Below are positions 14,243 through 28,478 of a stretch of 64,000 nucleotides of DNA, piece after piece. Source of the stretch: the human T2T-CHM13v2.0 reference genome, Homo sapiens. Within the stretch, counting starts at the first letter, position 1. Every line of letters starts with the position of its first letter. The notes beneath the pieces were generated by a model. The model did no database searches and had not been told where the DNA came from. It saw only the letters and a program-made list of their open reading frames with translations. The position numbers and the translations under genes were made by a program. The DNA is taken from assembly GCF_009914755.1 (NCBI RefSeq), contig NC_060948.1. One strand, given 5' to 3'.

Positions 14243-17200
14243 CGGAATGGAATGAATTGGAACGGAATGGACTCGAATGGAATGGAATGTCATGGGATGG
14301 CATCAAATGGAATGGCATCAAATGGAATGGAATCGAATGCAATGGAATGCTATGGAATGGAATGGAATGCATTGGAATGGAATGTCCTCTAATGGAATGG
14401 ATTCGAGTGGAATGGAATTGAATATAATGGAGTCGAATGAAATGGAATTGAAAGGAATGGGATCGAATACAATGGAATATACTGGAATGTAACGTAATGA
14501 ACTCGAATGTAATTGACTGGAATGGAATGTACATGAATGGAATGTAATCGAATGGAAAGTAATCCAATGGAATAGAATCTAATGCAATAAAATCGACTCA
14601 GATAGAGTAGAATGTAATGGAATGGAGTGCAGTGCAATGGAATGGAATGGAATGGAATGCAATGGAATGGAATGGAATGGAATGGAATGGAATGGAATGG
14701 AATGGAATGGGATGGAATGGTATGGAATGGGTAGTAATGGACTGGAGTGAAATGGACTGGAAAGGAATGGACTCAAATTGAAAGGGCTCGAAAGGAATGG
14801 AGTCAAATGGAATGGTCTGGAATGGAATGAACACGAATGTAATGCAACCCAATAGAATGGAATCGAATGGCATGGAATAGAAAGAAATGGAATCGAAGAG
14901 AATGGAAACAAATGGAATGGAATTGAATGGAATGGGAACGAATGGAGTGAAATTGTATGCAGTAGAAGAGAATAGAATGGAATGCAAGCGAAAGGAAAGG
15001 AATGGATTGGAATGGAATGGAATTCATTGGAATGGAAGGGAATGTAGTGTAATGGACAGGCCTGGAATAAAGTGGAATGCTACGGTCTCGAATGGAATAA
15101 AAATGTATGGAATGGAATGCAATGAAACGGAATCGAATGTCATAGAATGTAATGGAATGCAAAAAAATGGAATCCAAAATCATTGACTGGAAAGGCTGGG
15201 TGTCGAAAGGAATTGACTCCAATGGAATGGAATCGAATGGAATGGAAGTGAATAGAATCGAACTAAATCGAATGGAATGGAATTGATAGGAACGGAATGG
15301 AAAGGAATGCAATGATTTGGCATGGAATGGAATCGAATGGCATCGAATGGAATGGAATGGAATGCAATGGAATGGAATGTATTAGAATGTAATGAACTTT
15401 AATGGAATGTACTCGAATGGATTCGACTGGAATGGAATGTTCTGGAAGTGAATGGACTCCAATGGAATGGATTCAAAAGGAATGGAATCGTACGGAATGG
15501 AATCTAATGGAATGCAATTAAATGGAAATGAATCAAATTGAATAGCACGGAATTGAATTGAATGGAATGGAATGCAATGGAATCTAATGAAACGGAAAGG
15601 AAAGGAATGGAATGGAATGGAATGGGCTGGAATGGAAAGGAATCGAAACGAATGGAATGGAATCGAACTGAAGAGACTGGAATGGAATGCACTGGAATGG
15701 AAGGGAGTGTAATGGAAGGTTCTCGAAAAAAATGGAATCGAATGGAATGGAATTGAATGGAACGGAATAGAGTCGAATGGAATTGAATGGAATGGAATGG
15801 ACTAGAGTGAAATGGAATCGAACCACAAGGAATGGACAGGAATAGAATGGTCTCGAATTGAATGGAATCGTATGGAATGGCATCAAACGGAATGGAATGG
15901 ACAGCCACGGAATGGAATGCACTCGAATGCAATGGAGTCGAAACTAACGGACTGGAATAGAATGGACTCGACTGGTACGGACTCCAATGGAATGGAATCG
16001 AATGGAAGGGAATCGAACGGAAGGGAATCGAACGGAATGGACTCGAAGGGAAAAGACTGCAATGGAAAGGTCTCGAATGGAATGGAAATTAATGGAATGG
16101 AATGGAGTCGAATGAAATGGAGTCAAAAGGAATGGAATCGAATGGCAAGAAATCGAATGTAATGGAATCGCAAGGAATTGATGTGAACGGAACGGAATGG
16201 AATGGAATCCAAAGGAATGGAATAGAATGGAATGGAATCGAATGGAAAGGACTCGAATGGAAATCACTCGAATAGAATGCAATTTAATAAAATAGGATCA
16301 AATGTAATGGAATGGAATGGAAAGGAATCGAAACGAAAGGAATGGAGACAGATGGAATGGAATGGAACAGAGAGCAATGGTATAGAATGGAATGGAATCA
16401 TCTGGAATGGAATTGAATGGAATGGAATAATATGAAATGGAATGGAATGGAATGGAATGGAATGCCCTTGAATTAAATGGACTGGAATGGAATGGACTCA
16501 AACAGAGTGGAATGGAAAGTGTGGAGATAGAATGGAATGAACTCCTTTGGAATGGTCTAGTAGGCAATGCAATCGACTGGCAGGGAATCAAAAGGAATGT
16601 AATCGAATGGATTGGACTGGAATGCAATGGACTCGAATAGATTGGAAACGGAATGCAAAGAATGGAATGGAATAGTATGGAATGGAATGGAAAGGAATGG
16701 AGTGGAACAGACTAAAGTGGAATGGAATGGACTGGAAAGCAATGGACTGGAATGGAACTTTCTTGAATGGACTGGAATCAAACGGAATGGAATGCAATGC
16801 AATCAAATGGCATGGAATAAAATAGAATGAAAGAGAATCAAATGGAATTGAATCGAATGGAATCGAATGGATTGGAAAGGAATAGAATGGAATGGAATGG
16901 AATTGACTCAAATGGAATGGACTAGAATGGAATGGATTCGAATGGAAGGCAAAGGAATGGAATCTATTGGAATGGACTGTAATGGAATGGAATGGAAGGG
17001 ATTGGAATGGACTCGAATGGAATGGACTGCAATAGAAAGGATTCGAATGGAATGAAAAAGAATTGAATGGAATAGAACAGAATGGAATCAAATCGAATGA
17101 AATGGAATGGAATAGAAAGGAATGGAATGAAATGGAATGGAAAGGATTCGAATGGAATGCAATCGAATGGAATGGAATCGAACGGAATGGAATAAAATGG

Positions 17201-17810
17201 AAGAAAACTGGCAAGAAATGGAATCGAAATGAATGGAGTGTTATGGAACGGACTCAAAAGGAATTGAATGTAATAGAATGGAGTGGAGTGGACTCGAATA
17301 TAATGGACTGGAATGGAATGAAATCACATGGAATGGGAACGAATGGAATGGAATGGAAAGGAATGGAATCGAATGGAAAGGAATCGAATGGAAGGGAATG
17401 AAATTGAATCAACAGGAATGGAAGGGAATAGAATAGACGGTAATGGAATGGACTCGAATAGAATGGACACGAATGCTCAAATTGAATGGACTCGAATGGA
17501 ATGGAAACGAAAGGAATGTCATCGAATGGAATTGAATCGATTGGAATGAAATCGCATAGAATGGAGTGGAATCAAATGGAATTGAATCGAAAGGAAAGGA
17601 AGCGAATGGACTGAAATGAAATGGAATGGAATTGAATGGAAAGTAATGCAATGGAATAGAATGGAACGAAATTTCACGGAATGGAATCAAACTGAATGGA
17701 ATCAAATCAATGGAATCAAATCAAATGGAATGGAAAGGAATTGAATGGAGTAGATGGGATTGGATGGGATTGGAATGAAATGTACTGAAAAGGACTCGAA
17801 TTTCATGAAA
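14243..17810 (+). repeat. Higher-order unit 5 (3568 bp)
   Basis: (TGGAA)9; gggtagt and gaacagactaaag markers as in unit 1. Confidence 0.95.
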
Positions 17811-20800
17811 CGGAATGGAATGAATTGGAACGGAATGGACTCGAATGGAATGGAATGTCATGGGATGGCATCAAATGGAATGGCATCAAATGGAATGGAA
17901 TCGAATGCAATGGAATGCTATGGAATGGAATGGAATGCATTGGAATGGAATGTCCTCTAATGGAATGGATTCGAGTGGAATGGAATTGAATATAATGGAG
18001 TCGAATGAAATGGAATTGAAAGGAATGGGATCGAATACAATGGAATATACTGGAATGTAACGTAATGAACTCGAATGTAATTGACTGGAAAGGAATGTAC
18101 ATGAATGGAATGTAATCGAATGGAAAGTAATCCAATGGAATAGAATCTAATGCAATAAAATCGACTCAGATAGAGTAGAATGTAATGGAATGGAGTGCAG
18201 TGCAATGGAATGGAATGGAATGGAATGCAATGGAATGGAATGGAATGGAATGGAATGGAATGGAATGGGATGGAATGGTATGGAATGGATAGTAATGGAC
18301 TGGAGTGAAATGGACTGGAAAGGAATGGACTCAAATTGAAAGGGCTCGAAAGGAATGGAGTCAAATGGAATGGTCTGGAATGGAATGAACACGAATGTAA
18401 TGCAACCCAATAGAATGGAATCGAATGGCATGGAATAGAAAGAAATGGAATCGAAGAGAATGGAAACAAATGGAATGGAATTGAATGGAATGGGAACGAA
18501 TGGAGTGAAATTGTATGCAGTAGAAGAGAATAGAATGGAATGCAAGCGAAAGGAAAGGAATGGATTGGAATGGAATGGAATTCATTGGAATGGAAGGGAA
18601 TGTAGTGTAATGGACAGGCCTGGAATAAAGTGGAATGATACGGTCTCGAATGGAATAAAAATGTATGGAATGGAATGCAATGAAACGGAATCGAATGTCA
18701 TAGAATGTAATGGAATGCAAAAAAATGGAATCCAAAATCATTGACTGGAAAGGCTGGGTGTCGAAAGGAATTGACTCCAATGGAATGGAATCGAATGGAA
18801 TGGAAGTGAATAGAATCGAACTAAATCGAATGGAATGGAATTGATAGGAACGGAATGGAAAGGAATGCAATGATTTGGCATGGAATGGAATCGAATGGCA
18901 TCGAATGGAATGGAATGGAATGCAATGGAATGGAATGTATTAGAATGTAATGAACTTTAATGGAATGTACTCGAATGGATTCGACTGGAATGGAATGTTC
19001 TGGAAGTGAATGGACTCCAATGGAATGGATTCAAAAGGAATGGAATCGTACGGAATGGAATCTAATGGAATGCAATTAAATGGAAATGAATCAAATTGAA
19101 TAGCACGGAATTGAATTGAATGGAATGGAATGCAATGGAATCTAATGAAACGGAAAGGAAAGGAATGGAATGGAATGGAATGGGCTGGAATGGAAAGGAA
19201 TCGAAACGAATGGAATGGAATCGAACTGAAGAGACTGGAATGGAATGCACTGGAATGGAAGGGAGTGTAATGGAAGGTTCTCGAAAAAAATGGAATCGAA
19301 TGGAATGCAATTGAATGGAACGGAATAGAGTCGAATGGAATTGAATGGAATGGAATGGACTAGAGTGAAATGGAATCGAACCACAAGGAATGGACAGGAA
19401 TAGAATGGTCTCGAATTGAATGGAATCGTATGGAATGGCATCAAACGGAATGGAATGGACAGCCACGGAATGGAATGCACTCGAATGCAATGGAGTCGAA
19501 ACTAACGGACTGGAATAGAATGGAATCGACTGGTACGGACTCCAATGGAATGGAATCGAATGGAAGGGAATCGAACGGAAGGGAATCGAACGGAATGGAC
19601 TCGAAGGGAAAAGACTGCAATGGAAAGGTCTCGAATGGAATGGAAATTAATGGAATGGAATGGAATCGAATGAAATGGAGTCAAAAGGAATGGAATCGAA
19701 TGGCAAGAAATCGAATGTAATGGAATCGCAAGGAATTGATGTGAACGGAACGGAATGGAATGGAATCCAAAGGAATGGAATAGAATGGAATGGAATCGAA
19801 TGGAAAGGACTCGAATGGAAATCACTCGAATAGAATGCAATTTAATAAAATAGGATCAAATGTAATGGAATGGAATGGAAAGGAATCGAAACGAAAGGAA
19901 TGGAGACAGATGGAATGGAATGGAACAGAGAGCAATGGTATAGAATGGAATGGAATCATCTGGAATGGAATTGAATGGAATGGAATGATATGAAATGGAA
20001 TGGAATGGAATGGAATGGAATGCCCTTGAATTAAATGGACTGGACTCGAACAGAGTGGAATGGAAAGTGTGGAGATAGAATGGAATGAACTCCTTTGGGA
20101 TGGTCTAGTAGGCAATGCAATCGACTGGCAGGGAATCAAAAGGAATGTAATCGAATGGATTGGACTGGAATGCAATGGACTCGAATAGATTGGAAACGGA
20201 ATGCAAAGAATGGAATGGAATAGTATGGAATGGAATGGAAAGGAATGGAGTGGAATAGACTAGAGTGGAATGGAATGGACTGGAAAGCAATGGACTGGAA
20301 TGGAACTTTGTTGAATGGACTGGAATCAAACGGAATGGAATGCAATGCAATCAAATGGCATGGAATAAAATAGAATGAAAGAGAATCAAATGGAATTGAA
20401 TCGAATGGAATCGAATGGATTGGAAAGGAATAGAATGGAATGGAATGGAATTGACTCAAATGGAATGGACTAGAATGGAATGGATTCGAATGGAAGGCAA
20501 AGGAATGGAATCTATTGGAATGGACTGTAATGGAATGGAATGGAAGGGATTGGAATGGACTCGAATGGAATGGACTGCAATAGAAAGGATTCGAATGGAA
20601 TGAAAAAGAATTGAATGGAATAGAACAGAATGGAATCAAATCGAATGAAATGGAATGGAATAGAAAGGAATGGAATGAAATGGAATGGAAAGGATTCGAA
20701 TGGAATGCAATCGAATGGAATGGAATCGAACGGAATGGAATAAAATGGAAGAAAACTGTCAAGAAATGGAATCGAAATGAATGCAGTGTTATGGAACGGA

Positions 20801-21358
20801 CTCAAAAGGAATTGAATGTAATAGAATGGAGTGGAGTGGACTCGAATATAATGGACTGGAATGGAATGAAATCACATGGAATGGGAACGAATGGAATGGA
20901 ATGGAAAGGAATGGAATCGAATGGAAAGGAATCGAATGGAAGGGAATGAAATTGAATCAACAGGAATGGAAGGGAATAGAATAGACGGTAATGGAATGGA
21001 CTCGAATAGAATGGACACGAATGCTCAAATTAAATGGACTCGAATGGAATGGAAACGAAAGGAATGTCATCGAATGGAATTGAATCGATTGGAATGAAAT
21101 CGCATAGAATGGAGTGGAATCAAATGGAATTGAATCGAAAGGAAAGGAAGCGAATGGACTGAAATGAAATGGAATGGAATTGAATGGAAAGTAATGCAAT
21201 GGAATAGAATGGAACGAAATTTCACGGAATGGAATCAAACTGAATGGAATCAAATCAATGGAATCAAATCAAATGGAATGGAAAGGAATTGAATGGAGTA
21301 GATGGGATTGGATGGGATTGGAATGAAATGTACTGGAAAGGACTCGAATTTCATGAAA
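17811..21358 (+). repeat. Higher-order unit 6 (3548 bp)
   Basis: (TGGAA)7; markers gactggaaaggaatgtac, gaatgatacgg, ggaatcgactgg. Confidence 0.95.
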
Positions 21359-24300
21359 CGGAATGGAATGAATTGGAACGGAATGGACTCGAATGGAATG
21401 GAATGTCATGGGATGGCATCAAATGGAATGGCATCAAATGGAATGGAATCGAATGCAATGGAATGCTATGGAATGGAATGGAATGCATTGGAATGGAATG
21501 TCCTCTAATGGAATGGATTCGAGTGGAATGGAATTGAATATAATGGAGTCGAATGAAATGGAATTGAAAGGAATGGGATCGAATACAATGGAATATACTG
21601 GAATGTAACGTAATGAACTCGAATGTAATTGACTGGAATGGAATGTACATGAATGGAATGTAATCGAATGGAAAGTAATCCAAAGGTATAGAATCTAATG
21701 CAATAAAATCGACTCAGATAGAGTAGAATGTAATGGAATGGAGTGCAGTGCAATGGAATGGAATGGAATGGAATGCAATGGAATAGAATGGAATGGAATG
21801 GAATGGAATGGGATGGAATGGTGTGGAATGGATAGTAATGGACTGGAGTGAAATGGACTGGAAAGGAATGGACTCAAATTGAAAGGTCTCGAAAGGAATG
21901 GATTCAAATGGAATGGTCTGGAATGGAATGAACACGAATGTAATGCAACCCAATAGAATGGAATCGAATGGCATGGAATAGAAAGAAATGGAATCGAAGA
22001 GAATGGAAACAAATGGAATGGAATTGAATGGAATGGAATTGAATGGAATGGGAACGAATGGAGTGAAATTGTATGCAGTAGAAGAGAATAGAATGGAATG
22101 CAAGCGAAAGGAAAGGAATGGATTGGAATGGAATGGAATTCATTGGAATGGAAGGGAATGTAGTGTAATGGACAGGCCTGGAATAAAGTGGAATGCTACG
22201 GTCTCGAATGGAATAAAAATGTATGGAATGGAATGCAATGAAACGGAATCGAATGTCATAGAATGTAATGGAATGCAACAAAATGGAATCCAAAATCATT
22301 GACTGGAAAGGCTGGGTGTCGAAAGGAATTGACTCCAATGGAATGGAATCGAATGGAATGGAAGTGAATAGAATCGAACTAAATCGAATGGAATGGAATT
22401 GATAGGAACGGAATGGAAAGGAATGCAATGATTTGGCATGGAATGGAATCGAATGGCATCGAATGGAATGGAATGGAATGCAATGGAATGGAATGTATTA
22501 GAATGTAATGAACTTTAATGGAATGTACTCGAATGGATTCGACTGGAATGGAATGTTCTGGAAGTGAATGGACTCCAATGGAATGGATTCAAAAGGAATG
22601 GAATCGTACGGAATGGAATCTAATGGAATGCAATTAAATGGAAATGAATCAAATTGAATAGCACGGAATTGAATTGAATGGAATGGAATGCAATGGAATC
22701 TAATGAAACGGAAAGGAAAGGAATGGAATGGAATGGAATGGGCTGGAATGGAAAGGAATCGAAACGAATGGAATGGAATCGAACTGAAGAGACTGGAATG
22801 GAATGCACTGGAATGGAAGGGAGTGTAATGGAAGGTTCTCGAAAAAAATGGAATCGAATGGAATGCAATTGAATGGAACGGAATAGATTCGAATGGAATT
22901 GAATGGAATGGAATGGACTAGAGTGAAATGGAATCGAACCACAAGGAATGGACAGGAATAGAATGGTCTCGAATTGAATGGAATCGTATGGAATGGCATC
23001 AAACGGAATGGAATGGACAGCCACGGAATGGAATGCACTCGAATGCAATGGAGTCGAAACTAACGGACTGGAATAGAATGGACTCGATTGGTACGGACTC
23101 CAATGGAATGGAATCGAATGGAAGGGAATCGAACGGAAGGGAATCGAACGGAATGGACTCGAAGGGAAAAGACTGCAATGGAAAGGTCTCGAATGGAATG
23201 GAAATTAATGGAATGGAATGGAATCGAATGAAATGGAGTCAAAAGGAATGGAATCGAATGGCAAGAAATCGAATGTAATGGAATCGCAAGGAATTGATGT
23301 GAATGGAACGGAATGGAATGGAATCCAAAGGAATGGAATAGAATGGAATGGAATCGAATGGAAAGGACTCGAATGGAAATCACTCGAATAGAATGCAATT
23401 TAATAAAATAGGATCAAATGTAATGGAATGGAATGGAAAGGAATCGAAACGAAAGGAATGGAGACAGATGGAATGGAATGGAACAGAGAGCAATGGTATA
23501 GAATGGAATGGAATCATCTGGAATGGAATTGAATGGAATGGAATGATATGAAATGGAATGGAATGGAATGGAATGGAATGCCCTTGAATTAAATGGACTG
23601 GACTCGAACAGAGTGGAATGGAAAGTGTGGAGATAGAATGGAATGAACTCCTTTGGAATGGTCTAGTAGGCAATGCAATCGACTGGCAGGGAATCAAAAG
23701 GAATGTAATCGAATGGATTGGACTGGAATGCAATGGACTCGAATAGATTGGAAACGGAATGCAAAGAATGGAATGGAATAGTATGGAATGGAATGGAAAG
23801 GAATGGAGTGGAATAGACTAGAGTGGAATGGAATGGACTGGAAAGCAATGGACTGGAATGGAACTTTCTTGAATGGACTGGAATCAAACGGAATGGAATG
23901 CAATGCAATCAAATGGCATGGAATAAAATAGAATGAAAGAGAATCAAATGGAATTGAATCGAATGGAATCGAATGGATTGGAAAGAATAGAATGGAATGG
24001 AATGGAATTGACTCAAATGGAATGGACTAGAATGGAATGGATTCGAATGGAAGGCAAAGGAATGGAATCTATTGGAATGGACTGTAATGGAATGGAATGG
24101 AAGGGATTGGAATGGACTCGAATGGAATGGACTGCAATAGAAAGGATTCGAATGGAATGAAAAAGAATTGAATGGAATAAAACAGAATGGAATCAAATCG
24201 AATGAAATGGAATGGAATAGAAAGGAATGGAATGAAATGGAATGGAAAGGATTCGAATGGAATGCAATCGAATGGAATGGAATCGAACGGAATGGAATAA

Positions 24301-24915
24301 AATGGAAGAAAACTGGCAAGAAATGGAATCGAAATGAATGGAGTGTTATGGAACGGACTCAAAAGGAATTGAATGTAATAGATTGGAGTGGAGTGGACTC
24401 GAATATAATGGACTGGAATGGAATGAAATCACATGGAATGGGAACGAATGGAATGGAATGGAAAGGAATGGAATCGAATGGAAAGGAATCGAATGGAAGG
24501 GAATGAAATTGAATCAACAGGAATGGAAGGGAATAGAATAGACGGTAATGGAATGGACTCAAATAGAATGGACACGAATGCTCAAATTGAATGGACTCGA
24601 ATGGAATGGAAACGAAAGGAATGTCATCGAATGGAATTGAATCGATTGGAATGAAATCGCATAGAATGGAGTGGAATCAAATGGAATTGAATCGAAAGGA
24701 AAGGAAGCGAATGGACTGAAATGAAATGGAATGGAATTGAATGGAAAGTAATGCAATGGAATAGAATGGAACGAAATTTCACGGAATGGAATCAAACTGA
24801 ATGGAATCAAATCAATGGAATCAAATCAAATGGAATGGAAAGGAATTGAATGGAGTAGATGGGATTGGATGGGATTGGAATGAAATGTACTGGAAAGGAC
24901 TCGAATTTCATGAAA
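21359..24915 (+). repeat. Higher-order unit 7 (3557 bp)
   Basis: Six-pentamer tract, 15-bp duplication at ~22021-22050, caaaggtata marker, 1-bp deletion at ~23985. Confidence 0.95.
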
Positions 24916-27900
24916 CGGAATGGAATGAATTGGAACGGAATGGACTCGAATGGAATGGAATGTCATGGGATGGCATCAAATGGAATGGCATCAAATGGAA
25001 TGGAATCGAATGCAATGGAATGCTATGGAATGGAATGGAATGCATTGGAATGGAATGTCCTCTAATGGAATGGATTCGAGTGGAATGGAATTGAATATAA
25101 TGGAGTCGAATGAAATGGAATTGAAAGGAATGGGATCGAATACAATGGAATATACTGGAATGTAACGTAATGAACTCGAACGTAATTGACTGGAATGGAA
25201 TGTACATGAATGGAATGTAATCGAATGGAAAGTAATCCAATGGAATAGAATCTAATGCAATAAAATCGACTCAGATAGAGTAGAATGTAATGGAATGGAG
25301 TGCAGTGCAATGGAATGGAATGGAATGGAATGCAATGGAATGGAATGGAATGGAATGGAATGGAATGGAATGGAATGGAATGGAATGGGATGGAATGGTA
25401 TGGAATGGATAGTAATGGACTGGAGTGAAATGGACTGGAAAGGAATGGACTCAAATTGAAAGGGCTCGAAAGGAATGGAGTCAAATGGAATGGTCTGGAA
25501 TGGAATGAACACGAATGTAATGCAACCCAATAGAATGGAATCGAATGGCATGGAATAGAAAGAAATGGAATCGAAGAGAATGGAAACAAATGGAATGGAA
25601 TTGAATGGAATGGGAACGAATGGAGTGAAATTGTATGCAGTAGAAGAGAATAGAATGGAATGCAAGCGAAAGGAAAGGAATGGATTGGAATGGAATGGAA
25701 TTCATTGGAATGGAAGGGAATGTAGTGTAATGGACAGGCCTGGAATAAAGTGGAATGCTACGGTCTCGAATGGAATAAAAATGTATGGAATGGAATGCAA
25801 TGAAACGGAATCGAATGTCATAGAATGTAATGGAATGCAAAAAAATGGAATCCAAAATCATTGACTGGAAAGGCTGGGTGTCGAAAGGAATTGACTCCAA
25901 TGGAATGGAATCGAATGGAATGGAAGTGAATAGAATCGAACTAAATCGAATGGAATGGAATTGATAGGAACGGAATGGAAAGGAATGCAATGATTTGGCA
26001 TGGAATGGAATCGAATGGCATCGAATGGAATGGAATGGAATGCAATGGAATGGAATGTATTAGAATGTAATGAACTTTAATGGAATGTACTCGAATGGAT
26101 TCGACTGGAATGGAATGTTCTGGAAGTGAATGGACTCCAATGGAATGGATTCAAAAGGAATGGAATCGTACGGAATGGAATCTAATGGAATGCAATTAAA
26201 TGGAAATGAATCAAATTGAATAGCACGGAATTGAATTGAATGGAATGGAATGCAATGGAATCTAATGAAACGGAAAGGAAAGGAATGGAATGGAATGGAA
26301 TGGGCTGGAATGGAAAGGAATCGAAACGAATGGAATGGAATCGAACTGAAGAGACTGGAATGGAATGCACTGGAATGGAAGGGAGTGTAATGGAAGGTTC
26401 TCGAAAAAAATGGAATCGAATGGAATGCAATTGAATGGAACGGAATAGAGTCGAATGGAATTGAATGGAATGGAATGGACTAGAGTGAAATGGAATCGAA
26501 CCACAAGGAATGGACAGGAATAGAATGGTCTCGAATTGAATGGAATCGTATGGAATGGCATCAAACGGAATGGAATGGACAGCCACGGAATGGAATGCAC
26601 TCGAATGCAATGGAGTCGAAACTAACGGACTGGAATAGAATGGACTCGACTGGTACGGACTCCAATGGAATGGAATCGAATGGAAGGGAATCGAACGGAA
26701 GGGAATCGAACGGAATGGACTCGAAGGGAAAAGACTGCAATGGAAAGGTCTCGAATGGAATGGAAATTAATGGAATGGAATGGAATCGAATGAAATGGAG
26801 TCAAAAGGAATGGAATCGAATGGCAAGAAATCGAATGTAATGGAATCGCAAGGAATTGATGTGAACGGAACGGAATGGAATGGAATCCAAAGGAATGGAA
26901 TAGAATGGAATGGAATCGAATGGAAAGGACTCGAATGGAAATCACTCGAATAGAATGCAATTTAATAAAATAGGATCAAATGTAATGGAATGGAATGGAA
27001 AGGAATCGAAACGAAAGGAATGGAGACAGATGGAATGGAATGGAACAGAGAGCAATGGTATAGAATGGAATGGAATCATCTGGAATGGAATTGAATGGAA
27101 TGGAATGATATGAAATGGAATGGAATGGAATGGAATGGAATGCCCTTGAATTAAATGGACTGGACTCGAACAGAGTGGAATGGAAAGTGTGGAAATAGAA
27201 TGGAATGAACTCCTTTGGGATGGTCTAGTAGGCAATGCAATCGACTGGCAGGGAATCAAAAGGAATGTAATCGAATGGATTGGACTGGAATGCAATGGAC
27301 TCGAATAGATTGGAAACGGAATGCAAAGAATGGAATGGAATAGTATGGAATGGAATGGAAAGGAATGGAGTGGAATAGACTAGAGTGGAATGGAATGGAC
27401 TGGAAAGCAATGGACTGGAATGGAACTTTCTTGAATGGACTGGAATCAAACGGAATGGAATGCAATGCAATCAAATGGCATGGAATAAAATAGAATGAAA
27501 GAGAATCAAATGGAATTGAATCGAATGGAATCGAATGGATTGGAAAGGAATAGAATGGAATGGAATGGAATTGACTCAAATGGAATGGACTAGAATGGAA
27601 TGGATTCGAATGGAAGGCAAAGGAATGGAATCTATTGGTATGGACTGTAATGGAATGGAATGGAAGGGATTGGAATGGACTCGAATGGAATGGACTGCAA
27701 TAGAAAGGATTCGAATGGAATGAAAAAGAATTGAATGGAATAGAACAGAATGGAATCAAATCGAATGAAATGGAATGGAATAGAAAGGAATGGAATGAAA
27801 TGGAATGGAAAGGATTCGAATGGAATGCAATCGAATGGAATGGAATCGAACGGAATGGAATAAAATGGAAGAAAACTGGCAAGAAATGGAATCGAAATGA

Positions 27901-28478
27901 ATGGAGTGTTATGGAACGGACTCAAAAGGAATTGAATGTAATAGATTGGAGTGGAGTGGACTCGAATATAATGGACTGGAATGGAATGAAATCACATGGA
28001 ATGGGAACGAATGGAATGGAATGGAAAGGAATGGAATCGAATGGAAAGGAATCGAATGGAAGGGAATGAAATTGAATCAACAGGAATGGAAGGGAATAGA
28101 ATAGACGGTAATGGAATGGACTCGAATAGAATGGACACGAATGCTCAAATTGAATGGACTCGAATGGAATGGAAACGAAAGGAATGTCATCGAATGGAAT
28201 TGAATCGATTGGAATGAAATCGCATAGAATGGAGTGGAATCAAATGGAATTGAATCGAAAGGAAAGGAAGCGAATGGACTGAAATGAAATGGAATGGAAT
28301 TGAATGGAAAGTAATGCAATGGAATAGAATGGAACGAAATTTCACGGAATGGAATCAAACTGAATGGAATCAAATCAATGGAATCAAATCAAATGGAATG
28401 GAAAGGAATTGAATGGAGTAGATGGGATTGGATGGGATTGGAATGAAGTGTACTGGAAAGGACTCGAATTTCATGAAA
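24916..28478 (+). repeat. Higher-order unit 8 (3563 bp)
   Basis: (TGGAA)10; tail markers tattggtatgg, atagattgg and gaagtgtac shared with units 3 and 4. Confidence 0.95.
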
